Assembly: GCA_012295275.1 (NCBI GenBank)
Contig: CM022670.1
Span: forward strand, 29,016,001-29,080,000
Length of the DNA: 64,000 nucleotides
DNA from: Chrysomallon squamiferum
Lineage: Eukaryota; Animalia; Mollusca
Reading direction: 5' to 3'
Within the stretch, counting starts at the first letter, position 1, and each line of letters starts with the position of its first letter. The notes under the pieces were generated by a model, which was not told where the DNA came from, ran no database searches, and was given only the letters and a program-made list of their open reading frames with translations. Of this stretch, positions 27,637 through 42,448 are shown piece by piece. Made by a program: the position numbers and the translations under genes.

Positions 27637-30600
27637 TTTTTTTAAGTGCTATAGGTTTTTTATTCTGTTTATGGGAGGATAATATAAAATTTGAAAATAC
27701 TGGTAGTGCACAAACACGATTTCGTATCATCTTCACACGAATACATTCATATATACATATTTATTTTCTTATATTCTTTTCATTTTATTTATTTATATTA
27801 TAAAACAATTTCTGAAATGTATGTACATATTTGTTTCGTTTCTTAACATTATTATTATTATTATTTCTTTTCTTTTTTTCGAAACTGAAATGTAGAAATA
27901 CGGTGGTGAGGCAAAGCTATTACATAATGAATTAAGAATCTGTTTTACTTACCAACCCGTTTCATTATGTATGAAAGCCAGCAGCATATATTTTCAGCAA
28001 ATAAGGAGTATCTGTGTGAATAAAATTACGTACTGCGATCTTAAATACTACAAAACGAAAACTTTCAGTTCTGAGAAAATAATATGTGTAAATTTAAATA
28101 TTAACAAACTAATGTTAAACAAAATAAATAAATAATTAAAATCTTACACTACTGAATTTATATTAACTAAATTATTATATATCCCATTTTTACATTGCTG
28201 TGTTTTAGATAATTAACAGTATTCGGTTACTATGGTGACTTAACAAAATAAAATATTTACCAACTTGGCCTATACCTATATTTTCGAGTACTGGGCGATG
28301 TCGGACAATTCCTCGTTATTTCTCAAGAATAAAAACCCTTGTTTAACCATTAACAGAGAGGTGTGACAAAACGCCCGTGATTTTCTTTCCTTGCAATACG
28401 AGTATCTAAAATTATACTGTATTTATTTTGTTCAATCTAACTGCATCCAAAATCAACTTCGCAGTCAAGGCGCGGCCGCCATTTTGACACTGCTAACATC
28501 TGGAAGTGTTTAGAAAAGGATCTGATGAACGCGCCCAGCTCGGAATCCGGACCAAGTTCAGTGTCAAAACGTCGGAACACATTGCACATGCATGCTAAGA
28601 TGATAATCCACCTTTTGTTAAAGCACCGACCTCCCATGGAATTCTGTTTCGTATTAGGGTTTTGTATTGTTGTCATACAACAAGATGAAAGGGATTGGTC
28701 ACATAATTTTAATTTGTTATTATTTTAAAAAATAATAATAATAATAAATTAAAAAAATAAAATAACTTTTCGTTGTTGTGTAGAATTATGCTTATAGATG
28801 TATGCATACAGAGACATGGGCCATCTTCAGTAATTTCATGATTTTCTTTACAGTAACTGTTCATCCGTGAATATATCTGCTGGTCATTTATTTTTATTTT
28901 TTTTTTTTTTTGGGGGGGAGTATTATGGCATTGATGTTTGCTTTTATATATATATTAGCTCTGCTTATCATCTTCGTCTACTTCATAATCATCATTATCC
29001 CCATTATTGTCATCATCATCATTATATTTTTGTAAGACGTTACAATCTTTTGTTTTCATTTTATTAATTTTGCTCTGTATATTTTTTCATCATTATTATA
29101 ATCGTTTTTCCTTTTTCATTCCTGTTTTTCAGCTAAGAATTAAATTAAACGGTTTTCCTTAAAGCAAATGATACAAATTTCTTTCCTATTTGCATTAACC
29201 GTTCGTGAAAAGGATTAACCCAAGAATAATCTGCAGATTAGTAACTGAACAGTCTTAAAATGTCAGACGTGTTTTCACTTCTTTTTCTTTAAAACCTTTG
29301 AAGATTTCGAAAGGACAATGGTTTGTAATGTTTCCTCAGATCACCGGTCATCCTACTGTCCAGATTGTCTTAAAGGACAATGGCATAAGTCTGAGAGAAA
29401 GAGAAATGACCCTAATGCAATGCCAGGCAAGTACGGTCACGTAAATTTGGCTTGAAATACATTCGTTACTCGATGATTCCTTGAAATGGGTTGAGGTTAA
29501 TTGATGTGCTGATGTTGGTTCTGATATGAATGTTTAATTTTACATTTCTTTTACAATTGTTCTTCCAATTTTCAGTCTTTTTTATATTTTATTTTTATTG
29601 TATTGTATTGTATTAATATTTTTCTTAAATATTATTACTTCTTGTTATAGTTGTCGTTCTGATATACTGCTAGTGTTTATATAACTAATACGTATCTACA
29701 TATATGCAACCACACACACACACACAAAACAGTTATACGAACACATATATACATAAATAGCTTTTATATAATATTCATGAACGTACAAAATAAATGGATT
29801 GATGGATGTATGGATGGATAGATATATGTAAGCATATGTTTGTAGGTTTCTCACTAAATTTCATGAATGGCCTTAGGACAGTGTGAATTGAAACAGAAGA
29901 CACGTATTAACAGAGATGTTTATTTGGTTTAGCATCTGACAACGTAACTGATATGAGGCTATCTGTTAATGTGAGGTGGATTGTTTTTTTTTTATTTCTC
30001 TTTCCCGTGGTATTCTGCTTCAATTAATGATTTACCTCACCTGTGTACAGCTGTTATATATATCATATGTTACGAGGTGAAGGAAATACTCGTGAATCTC
30101 GAAGAAAAAGAAAAGAGAAGTAGTTATTGCTCCGTATAAAGGGATTTAAAACATAAGTGAAACAGACATTTCGATAATAAAATGTACGAGTTTCTTTTAT
30201 TTTTTGTGTTTTATTTTATTATTTTTATTTATTTTAATTTAATTTTTGTTTTATATTTTTTCTTCGATATATAAATCTAAATACATAAATTTAATTAGTT
30301 TACTGATTTATTTTTATATTTAAATTTTTTACAATATATCTTTCATTCTGTATTGTTTATCGATGTCTTCAATTATTAATCTAATTACATATAATTTATT
30401 ATATATTTATTTATTTATTTATTTATTTATTTTTTTTTAATTCCATATTTCTTACCTATCCTTTGTTTCAGCCTGTCTATATAATTATATTTATCACTTT
30501 ATCCTAATCCTTCTTTCTATCCTTCTGTGAGTACTGCAGAAATGTTTAAATTAATTTCGTGCGCAGCTAATTAATAAACAGAACAGCTGAGCTATGACGT

Positions 30601-33176
30601 AATGTTAATTGTCTTCTCCTAGGCGATTTCACTTACGTCATAATGGATAAGTAAAACTGGATGTTGCATACCGTTAGATCATGGGTTTCTCGTGGCACAA
30701 GACCGTAATCTATTAAGAGGGATGATACGAGTCGGTATCTGTGTCTAGCATATAATTTACGTGTTTTCCTACTGCTAAACAGACACCTACAAGTATTACT
30801 CCATTGTTCGAACCACATAACAAAAATTTCAGATTTTGTTCTTGTCCTGTTGTTGTAAAATAATAATATAAGACAGCAAATCCGTTGCTACCTTGTTATC
30901 AATTAGCAGCCAATAATCTTTTTATGTAGTTTACGAAAAACAAAGAGGAATAGCTCTTGGACGCTGCGAGGCGGATTGATCCCAAGACTAATCACATCTC
31001 AATCTTCTCTACTCTTACAGCTCGATGTTGCTGGATGAAAGCACCAGTTTTTTTTCGAATCATCATTAAAATCGTCATCACCTTCTTCTACATTCATTTA
31101 TATTTTATTTTCATTTTTATTCACTGTTGTAACAATCAATTTAAAAAAAAAAATTAAATATAAAAAAGTGTTACATCTGTTTAATAAATAAAAATACTTT
31201 TCTGTTTGCGTTATGTTACGCCACTCAAATATGACAGTTTGCTACTACCACGTGCACTTCCGGAAGTGATGACTAATTGGCAGCAGGCCAGTCCAATAAA
31301 ATAAATTAATATGACAATAAAAATTGTTTTCTTTGCTTGAGTTTGTTCAAAGACAGAACCGCACCAAGTCCAGAAAGACAAAGATCGTCAATAAATATTG
31401 AAATAAATCGGCAACACATCACACGGTGTTCTGCAATCAAACGAGGGCCATCCTACGAACCATCAAATAGCTCAGATGACGGTGTTTTCGTGGTGAACTC
31501 ATAATCGTGTCCAGGGAACGTCAACATCGTGTGTAGTATTTGGCAGCGTCTCTTATTAAGTTAATACGTCGACGTATGACAGAAATAAGTCCGTCTGTGT
31601 CGTAAACCAGTATTAAAAACCTTCTTTTGTGAGTTTAGTAGAAAGAGGAGAATGTCATTAGACACTTTTACAAAGAGAATTATGGAGGAAGAAGTACAGT
31701 CTATAAAGTAATTTCTACTAAAGACGAGGTTAATTTGCTGTACGAAGTACAGGGGACCATAGTGATATGTTAATTAATAGATTTATTTCATCAGTCGAAA
31801 ACAGAAAAACATCTTAAATATACCATGTTATTTTTGTCTGACGAATTGTCTCGTATAAATAGATGTTATTGTGACCCGAACTTTGTTTTTAACCAAAACG
31901 ACCTTCAAATCGAGTGTATTACTTTAAATAACAAATCAAATATTACAATGCAAATTTTGTAAAAACTAAAAATCCTTTGTTCAAAAATATTTTTTACATT
32001 AAATAAACAATTTAAGATATTGTAGTAAGTAAATGAAGTTTAAAAAGGCGTCAGTAATGTATCTATATTAATTAAAATAGTTCTGATCTTTAATACTCTT
32101 CTAAATATTTCTATTTTAAGGTTTATTTTTGTATGCGTTTCCTATTAGAAATATACGAATAAGATAATTAATTAATACATAAATGAATCAACAGGGGTCA
32201 GAATAATATAATGCTGGTGATTATTAAGAATCAGAGATACAGTTTTGCTCAGTGACGAAATGACTGGGAAAAAAAATTAAACTATGGGTTATGTTCTCTT
32301 ATAATCAGCAGCGTTGTTTAACACAATCCCATAAACATACCTGTGGCCTTTGAAATAGAAGTTGTGAAACATTCTCTAGAACAAGAAATTGCCTAATGGG
32401 CATACCAGAGGGTCTGGTCCTGTAATCGCTGACATTATTGAATAAAGATGTTTTAACTTGTGGGATGTTTGATACTCGGCAGTTGCTTTTGTTAGTAAAA
32501 GGGAAAATTCAAATACTTTCGTATATGTTTATTTTTTATTATTATTTTTATTCTTTCATTATTATTATCATTATCATCGTTATTATTACCACCACCACCA
32601 TCACCACTACTCCTAACACTAATATTAATACTACCGTTACTACTATGACCATTATTATATAACTATCACTCCCACTGTGACTAATAAAGCTAGTATTACT
32701 ACTACTAACACTATTAAACTATTACCATACTACTACTGCTACTACTGCATCCATTAGTTTATTATTATTACTATACTACTACATGAACAACTAATATTTT
32801 ATTTTATCCGAAAAACAAAAGTGTACTGAATAAAAAGCATGCTATTTTTAGCCAGTTCTGTCGATGTCATGTATTTTAAAAACAAATATTATCTGGCATC
32901 GATTCAAATTATGAAAGTCCGTACTGAAATGCCCCCACAGTTCTATAAAATTTCTGTGAGGTTAACAGATTTCTATTTTGGTTTAAAAAAACACTTTTAT
33001 GTGATTTTGACTGAATATAATAAGCTGCAAAGAAAAACAATTTGTGAGCTGAGAAAAATAAACTAATCGATGGATTCTTAATATTAAAAATACTCTTGTG
33101 TCCCTAGTATTCAGTAAAGAAGCAGTTATAGCGAAGATGATGATGACGACGTCGACAACGACAATGACAACAGCAC

Positions 33177-33208
<32 letters not shown>

Positions 33209-33568
33209 CAAGAATAATAATAATGATAATGATACTAATAATGTGCGATTGTGATCTGACGAAGATCACAGTTGTAATAACAATGATCATAAACATTATT
33301 ACATAAAGAATATTTTTCTTTTATTCTGTTTCGCTCTCCTTTACTCATACATTTACCAAAGTTTTTTTTTTTAAAGTAATCTATCTCTCTATCTCATTTC
33401 TTCTCTTTCTCATTCTTTCTGTCTTTGTATCTTTTTCATTTCCTTATATTACCTCCATCTCGTCTATATTCTTTTTCTCTCATTCTCTCATCTTTTCTTT
33501 TTCTTTGTCTTTTTCTGTCTGTCTAGGTTTTTAAATCTCATTCCCAACATCAAAACTTCAACCGTAGT

Positions 33569-33570
<2 letters not shown>

Positions 33571-33652
<82 letters not shown>
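33571..33652. repeat. (CT)n microsatellite
   Basis: Directly visible. Confidence 0.95.
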
Positions 33653-33655
<3 letters not shown>

Positions 33656-36629
33656 CAAACTCTCTTCTGTCATATACGTATACAATCACTCTGTCTCCTA
33701 TAACTATTTCCTCAGTCTATACAAATCTGAGTCTATGTCAATACACGTGTCTCTCTAACCTATATATAAGCTTTTTTCATAATATCCAGGAAAAGTAGTG
33801 TATAGTGTACGGAACTAGAATACAAGGGATTTGTGTTGTTTGTAGGTTTGAGGAACTGGGTCGAGATTTGGCGAGATTTGCGTTACATCTACCGGAAGAG
33901 AGTTAAGGTACAAAAACATGGAGATTAAAATAGGAAAGAAAAAGTTTAGGAAGTAAAAATTACGCCGTAAATAATGATGATGATATATTCTGGAAACTTG
34001 AGATAAACGGTGATGTATAACTTTTATCTACTGATACCATAACAAATGAATTATGCATACATGAGACAAATAGGAAAAAGGATATGTAATATGAATTCAT
34101 ATATTTTGTTTCTTATACCTTAATATTACGTTTTACCCCTTTTTTGGGTGTAAGGAGTAATTTATCTTAATTGTTTATTTACTCGTGCATTATCATGTAT
34201 TCATAAAACTATGTTTAGTATTTCTCAGCAAATACTTACAAAATAAAACGTTAATATTTTATTGTTATTTAAATGAAATTTAAAAAGAAGAAGAAAATAT
34301 ATATTTATTATTGTTTCCCAAAGGGGGATCTTTAATATTTCTTAGCATCTATTTTTATAGCAACCCTGCTATATTACCGTCAGTCACTTGTGACCGAGGT
34401 CTCTGCGAGTACCATCAAACACAACCTTTCATTTCAACAATATAATTCTCTGTGTTCTTTCTTTGTTTATATGACTCCATCGTCCAACAAAACTTTCGAT
34501 GACTTTGGCTTAAGTTAAGTAAACGATCACAAAACTCTGTGTCAAAGGTCACTTTGATATCCTGCACGTGCTGTTGTCTGGGAAAGAGCAAGCCAAAAGT
34601 CTCGTTGACCGTTTCTAATCCTATTGTTTCGTGATACGACGTCGTGGACAAAGATGGATGAAACTTTAGACACTTTAGTGTTGCTTATTACTGGACAAGA
34701 TCAACATTGACCAATAATAATATTTTTTCTCTACTTCATAGAGACTGTCATTTAGTTGGCTTCCTACCAAGCTGGGGTATCAGTGGAAAATGCACCCTCC
34801 CCAAGATTACGAGGACGTCTGTTTTTATTTTTATTTAATGTGTTTATTTTCTTTTATTTTCTTTTATTTTATATTTAAATTTAATTTTAATTTTTTATAT
34901 TTTTATTCATTTAGTTATCTGAACATGTAAGAAGCAATTTTCTATTTGTTTTTGTTTTACTGTTTATTGTAGATTGTTGCTGTTGTTATAGTTGGTGTTG
35001 TTATTTATTTATTTATTCATTTATTCATTTATTTATTCATTTATTATGCAAATGCATGTGTTTGAGTATTTCTGAAGAGGTCTTTATGTTAGTGTATGTT
35101 TGTGTGAGTAAATGTATATTCTTCCATTTTATGTGCGTGTGTGTGTACGTGATTGTGTAAGTGTTTGTGTAAGTGTGTGTATGTGTTCATCAATATTGTC
35201 TTCTGCTCACTTTGGTCTGTATTTTTTACATCAATAAAACCTTTAGGGTTTGAATTGCCTAACACTCCTTCTGAACAACATCTTTTATCCGCCATGCTTA
35301 GAATTGTCCAGACCATGGTATAAACATTCCACACACTTTGCGAGAATTCTCTACAAATGATGGCGACAAGCAACGATGGCATTTGGCAGGGATTATCGTC
35401 TACAATCGTATTAACCTCCTCGCGTTTCAGCTTGGAGTATTAAGAAGGATTTGCGACTGAAGGTGACTTCTTCGAGACTGTGAGAAGATGAACCTAGTGA
35501 CGTCATTGTCAGGTTTTGTTTGGTCAGGGGATGAGGGAGTAGTTTGCTGTGGTCAGTTTTGATTTATCACCTTCATGTGTAGCTGTTTTTGTTTGGATGT
35601 TGTTTTTTTTTTTTTATTGTTGTCGTCCGTGGAGGTGGCTGTGTGTGTTTGTGATGGTGGGTGTGTTTATGTTTGGGTGTGTGGATTTGTCTTTGATTAT
35701 GTGTTTGTATTGGTGTTGGTCTGGAGTAAAGGTAAGAGAGAAAAAAAGAAAAAAGAAATGGACGGAAGGAGAAAGGGAGAGAGCATTAGATCGAGTTAGA
35801 AGAAGAGAAAAACTGAATGAGAGGGAGAAAGAGAGCAACAAAGAAATGCACAGAATATATAAACACAAATTTAGATCAATGTACAGCATTATCAAATAAA
35901 TCCTCTTATCACACACTGATGCACAAACCTTTTTTACATTATCTGAATTTCGACCATAACAAAACACCAAAACGCTGCAACATTAGCATTTCTGATCCAT
36001 CAACCAGTGCCCCTGCCAAAACTATCATACCTGACACTACCTTTATATAAAAATAACTTGTACATTTGTATAAATTAGATTATATTTGTTATTCAAGGGA
36101 TACTTGCTGGTTGTCTTTATGATCTCTGGTATTCTTATACTTGAACCTGTGTCATCCGATCTTGCTATTAATATTACAGAATGAACAAGCGATTGTAATG
36201 TTATATATGTCACCAAGTACAGTGAGATGATATTACGTCTAGTCAAGTAATAGAGGTAAAATGGTAAATAGACAGGTTTTTAACCTGTTCGCGAAAAAGT
36301 TTTAAATAGTTTTCATAATTTGCTTCCCACTGTTGGTAACCCGCATGTAAATCTTGTGTGTGTGTGAGTGTGTGTGTGTCAGTGCGCCTGCGTGCGTGCG
36401 AGCGTGTGTGTTTTGGGGGTATAATTTAAAAAAATTAATTTTATAAAAACAAATTTGTTCATTATATACGAATATGTTAATATTTCTATATGTGTTTGTA
36501 TTTTGTATATTTACTTTTATCTATATATAGGTATATATGTTCTGGTATATATGTACATACCTTTACATGTATATAGATCTGTACTTATACATCTTAATAT
36601 GGACGTACACATAAATATGAGAGAGAGCG

Positions 36630-36635
<6 letters not shown>

Positions 36636-36721
<86 letters not shown>
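36636..36721. repeat. (GA)n microsatellite
   Basis: Directly visible. Confidence 0.95.
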
Positions 36722-36726
<5 letters not shown>

Positions 36727-38120
36727 ATAAATACCAGTCCACGACAAAACTGTCATTATTTGTGAGATTGAAGATAATTTACTTCTGTGCTGGTTACATT
36801 TGTAGTTATCTAACAAAGGTGTTTGTATCATAACACTGGATTTTGTTATGTCCAACTACAATAACAGTGAATAATACAGAAATTTTCGCACGGCTTCATG
36901 ATACAGAGCAGTCATTATTACGTGCATAACTGTAGTCATTACACAAGATATTACTGTAACGAAAAATCGCTTTATACAGAGAGCAAGCGACAGAATTAAT
37001 CAAGATAGATTGTCTGACTGATGGACTGGCAGACACACATACGAATTTATGTTTAAACATTCTTTACATTTTAAGAACTTTAGTTTAAAGGAACAATCAT
37101 AAGGGTAAAGGAACACATAACATCACAAAACTGCATCATCACATTTTTGTCTATCCACAATTTTGAAAATTGTCATCCTCGGCCAGTGTGTGTGTGTGTG
37201 TGTGTGTGTGTGACTAACCTGTATCACTAAACTGTTTCAAATACAATGTTGATCATTGCTCAGTCTATACTAAGTTGAAAATAAGTGGGGTTTTTGCTGT
37301 TAATGGGTAATTATGGCAGCGGGTTTCTTCTCACAAACGTCATTAATTTAGAAGACAAAACAAAAATAAAATTAAATTAAAAAATCTCGAGTACATAATG
37401 ATGATGCCAGTTAGACTGAAATATTAGAAGGATATTGTTTTGAGATGCCATTAAATAAATATTCATATTATTCTTTCGTTAAAAACAGATGCTGCATTCA
37501 AGACTTTTATTTAATAATAATACACAGGTATTAGTTAGATATTTTTTTGCGGGCGGTTTTCAGACTAGACTTTGTTTGACGGTACCTGTATTCAAGGAAT
37601 GAAAACACACGAGTATTGGAATTACAAAATATTCCAAGCAAATAAAACAGTTCATAGATTATGATAATTATTCGTTTCAACTGTTTCAGCCACAACCATA
37701 CTGTATCCGCTACCTGCGTGGTGGTACATGATTGAAATTGCCAACAGCTTAACGATGGTCATTTTTGTGGATTAGCTTAAGATTTTGCAAACATCCTTAT
37801 TTTAATATTTAATCTGTTTCCTGCTGGTACATGGGCGTGAGCTTTGAAAATCTGGCCTCTGCATACTCTGATATCGATAATTGCACAAGTGGTCAATATT
37901 GGAGGGAGACAAGCTTTTCGTGTTTTCTGTTAAAACAACAGGAAAAAAAAAGAAAAAAAAAAGAATAGATAAATAAAAAGGAAAGAAATATACAGGAAAA
38001 AAAACAAAGAAGAGAGAGAAATAAAGAAAAAAGTGTTTTAAATCTTTTTCTCTAATCGCACTACTAGACGATGAAAAAGAACACTTGATTGTCTCCCATA
38101 TACATACACACAAACAGAGA

Positions 38121-38263
38121 CATGCATACAGATAGACAGAAAGAAAGACAGACAGACAGAAACACGGTGGAAGAGAATGAAAGCTAAGTTATCTATTTAG
38201 CTATCGCTCTCATTCTCCACCAACGTTTCTATCTTTCTTTTTTTCTGTCTGTCTGTATGCGTG
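38121..38263. repeat. Imperfect inverted repeat (~65-bp arms, ~9-nt spacer)
   Basis: GCATACAGA..AGAAAC..GGTGGA..GAATGA..AGCTAA / TTAGCT..TCATTC.TCCACC..GTTTCT..TCTGTATGC. Confidence 0.75.
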
Positions 38264-38800
38264 TGTATACACATACATAAAATCACATACATAATCTGTA
38301 TCTTTGCTATGTATCTTTCTATCAGCTGTTAGTTTAAATATTACGATAATCTACACTGTATAATTTGTTACTTTTTGTTCAGCCACCTGCTTCAGTCAGA
38401 AATCAAGATTTCTTTTCTTCATCTTTTTTTTTTTTTTTTTTTTTTTCAGTCCATGATAATAATGACAGTTAACATATCAGTACTCTCAAAAATAGAACTT
38501 TGAAAATATTTTATCAGATTAAGACAAGTGGATGATGTATTTGTAAACATTCTGGAACAGAAACGGATGCAGTTCGATGCGGTGGGAAATGAGCCGTACG
38601 GGCGGAGCGAGTAAGATAATCTCGTTATTGATTGGTTACTCTTTGAGGCATTTTCCATTCACAAACTGCGTGATTCATTTTTCTATTTCTATATATAAAG
38701 TACTTTGAGTAAAACAGTCCAGATGTAAAACAAATTGTAATCGGAAAATATATATCTTTTTTATTTTCGTAATCCTTTTCCTTTCAGCATGAACCAAATG

Positions 38801-38838
<38 letters not shown>

Positions 38839-38915
38839 CTTTTTTTTTTATTTATTTATTTTTTTTCTTTCATTTATTAATTTTATTATTGTTATTTTAG
38901 GGGTGTGAATAAGAT

Positions 38916-38916
<1 letters not shown>

Positions 38917-38954
<38 letters not shown>
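38917..38954. repeat. (GATA)n microsatellite
   Basis: Directly visible. Confidence 0.9.
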
Positions 38955-38957
<3 letters not shown>

Positions 38958-39749
38958 AGTAGGCAGATAGTTACGGAGACAAACTGCAATGTCTATCATT
39001 CATGATTAACTCTCTTTCTTTGTCTCTTTACAGAACGATTTTTCATTACAACAGATGCTTGATATAATTTATAGCAGTAGATGTAACGACTAAACTTTAC
39101 TCGTAATTTGAAGTCGTGCGAAAATTTCTGAGTTATTTACTATTATTTTAATAGAACATAACAAAATCCATTATTATGATACAAATATGAACTGTTATAT
39201 AACTACAAGACGTAAATTACATGACCTGTGGGATTTTTGACGCAGCCAGCTATTTCACTCATCACACCAGTGGTGCTTACGTCACATGCTGTCACATTAA
39301 AGCTTTCTAATCTGTAACGAGATGGTGAAGTAGTGGCCCAGTCTAAAAGAGTGCTGTAGCTGTACTCTCACACTACAGGACGGCACCAACCATGCCTCCA
39401 AGAGTTTTATAAACGTCGATGTGTTAGATTGTTATCTTCCAATTAATTGTCTAACGCACAGAGCTGGACTGCCAAAGAAGTAGAATCACTTGCCCAAGCC
39501 AGTGGACTAACAGTGGATGTGAACACGTTTCAAATATAGTGCCTGAGCATTTTGATGCAAAATGATTTGTTTTGGTTGTTAATTTTTTCTTTCATTTAAT
39601 ACTTAAATGCAGTTGCAATAATTATTAGAGACATATCAAAGACTTTTAATTATTTTATAACCTTTCTAATATTATAATAATTATGAAATAACTTACTAAT
39701 AAAAAGAACACGAAAACGATACGACGGTTGTTAGGTTTCTTAAAGAATT

Positions 39750-39751
<2 letters not shown>

Positions 39752-39811
<60 letters not shown>
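39752..39811. repeat. (CT)n microsatellite
   Basis: Directly visible. Confidence 0.95.
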
Positions 39812-39814
<3 letters not shown>

Positions 39815-39882
39815 CAGTCTATTCGTGCTTTTCTTCTACTTTCAAATACATATGTCTCTTTTTTACTTATAAATAAACGCAC

Positions 39883-39915
<33 letters not shown>

Positions 39916-40305
39916 TCAATAAAAAAAAAAAAAAAAACAACAACAAAAAAAAAACTTTCTTCATTTAAAATTAGGTTTTAACGACTGTGAAACAGACTGA
40001 ATTTACATAAACTTTACCACACAGCAGAATGTTTATTAGCTATTTTTTTTTCTCGGCAGACAAAAAATTCGCAGATGTATGAATAAAAATAACACACACA
40101 CGTAACTCTCACAGTGCAAACGTAAGATTTTTTGTTTTTTAATGTAACTTCCGCGTCCACGTCAACAGACATTTTACGTCATTACCTTAATAGAAATAAT
40201 ACGATAATAATAATAATAACTTCCTTCTTTTTCTACTTCGTATAAAAAGACTGTTGCCATATTATTATTATATTTATTTTCTGAAAAAAAAATTTTGTCG
40301 GTATC

Positions 40306-40349
<44 letters not shown>

Positions 40350-40510
40350 TCATTATTATTTCAGTATATTCAAATTTGTTTATTTTAAATTTTTATTTTT
40401 ATTTTTTATTTTATTTTATTTTATTTCTAATTTTATTTTATTTATTTTATTTATTTATTATTATTATTATTTTATTTATTTTTTATTTTTTATTTTATTT
40501 TTTTTTTTTG
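40306..40510. repeat. (ATT)n and (ATTTT)n low-complexity tract
   Basis: Directly visible. Confidence 0.9.
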
Positions 40511-42377
40511 CAGCTTTTTTTCTTGTTCTGTCTTCACGTATATATCTAAGCAGTGAAGTACAGTAGAACTGAAACTTTGTAAAGTGTTTCATCAATAATT
40601 GCGCATGTTCTGTAGTGTCGCATATCAAAGGCATGAGCGTACTAACGGTCAACAGTGTGACCGCATAACGCGAAGGTGTTCAATTCCTGGCAAAGCCGAC
40701 GACACTCCAGACGTCATAGCGAGGCTGTACAAAAATTACGAATTACGTCTGTCGCACAGAAAAATGAAACATGCAGAATATTTTGCAAACAAATACCCAA
40801 AGTAAACGAGCAGACATTTCAGTTCGTCGTATTTCGAGAGCGCTTGAACGAGAGATAATATTACAGTTATTTGATACGACAGCAATATTGTTCTGAAATA
40901 TTTAGAAATATTTAATGCGTTCTGGCTAGTGGAAAATATTTTGGAGTAACATGGAATTTTTATTTTTCACTTGAGTAATAATATAAAAATGGAACTGTTA
41001 AAAAACGTGACAAGTCTAAAAATAATGACAGCAGGTTATTACTAGATGCGTGTATTAATAGAATATTTTTCCAAGTTCAAAAATACCGTTTTTTTAATAT
41101 ATATATATATATTCTTTCTTTCTTTCTTGTTCTTATTATTATTTAAATTAACTAACAACATTATTTCAAACTTTCGTCTTAACACAACATATTTGTTTTT
41201 GTATTTAGTTATAACAAACTATTTCTAGATTTAAATACTGTTTAACTTCAAATATCTACCCTTACGAAATAAATAAACTATTTATTATTAATCACGAGAA
41301 CGGAGATGAAGAAACTCAGAATGTCACTATGGCACAAGGATCTGAAACCATTCTAATGACCTGATTTCAAGGTCGACACCATGCGTCACAGATTAACTTT
41401 TTAATCCTGTTAGGATTATCTCTGTTTCGTGTGCAGACGATGATCTGTCTTCGCTGTGTCGCCGTGTTGTATATTTCCTATTCTATTCCTACTAAGCCAG
41501 CTACCAGACGACATTTTCAACTTACGTAGTTTCTACCCGTTGATGAAGAAGTATGAGTTTTCTTTGTCAGTGGTTATGAAATACAGTCAGACTGCGAAAT
41601 CTATTTTCGTGACACTTTTCATGTATGTATGTTCGTATGTTCGTATTTTCGTGCGTACATACGTATGTACAACTTTTTGTGTACGTTAAAATGTGTAAAA
41701 GTGTAAATTATAAATGTGTGTTGTCGCTTTTTGTATGTAGAAATAAAAGAGAAAGGAGAAAATAATTAAGAAGCATGCAAGTATAATATTTAAATATTTC
41801 ATTTACTTTTTGTTGAGGTTTTTTTTATTATTATTGTTGTTGTTGTTTGTGTGTGAGTTGTTGTTGTTTTTTTTCCCTTCTTCTTCTTCTTCTTCCTCAC
41901 TCTTTCTTTCTTTCTTTCTTGATAATGAGTGAGTTATATGTTGAAATTCAAATGCTGATTTTATTCATCTTTTTTAATTTATTAATACCAAATAATTTTC
42001 ACCGAATTTTCCAGATCTGAGACATCGTGGTTAAGCCATTATTGTTCTACATGACGTCATCGCTGACGTTAAACGAATTTCCATCAGGTTTTCTTTCTGT
42101 AGGAATTCGACTGATCCCTTTTAATCACAGAAATGAACACGGCAGGAACTTTCTCAATGTTTGTGCTATGGCTAATTCGCCGTAAGAAAATAATCCATGC
42201 TGGCTGCTGACGTGACCTTGACGAATTTTGTTTAATTAGTTTTGTTTTCATAATTTAACATAACAAGGCTTTTAACAGTGGACCGGTGAAGCAATAGAAC
42301 TCAGCGTTTAGGAATGCAAGCAGTCTAATGTTGATTTCTGTGTGATTTAAAGGATGACAATGAAAGAAATAAAGAAA

Positions 42378-42380
<3 letters not shown>

Positions 42381-42446
<66 letters not shown>
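42381..42446. repeat. (GA)n microsatellite
   Basis: Directly visible. Confidence 0.95.
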
Positions 42447-42448
<2 letters not shown>

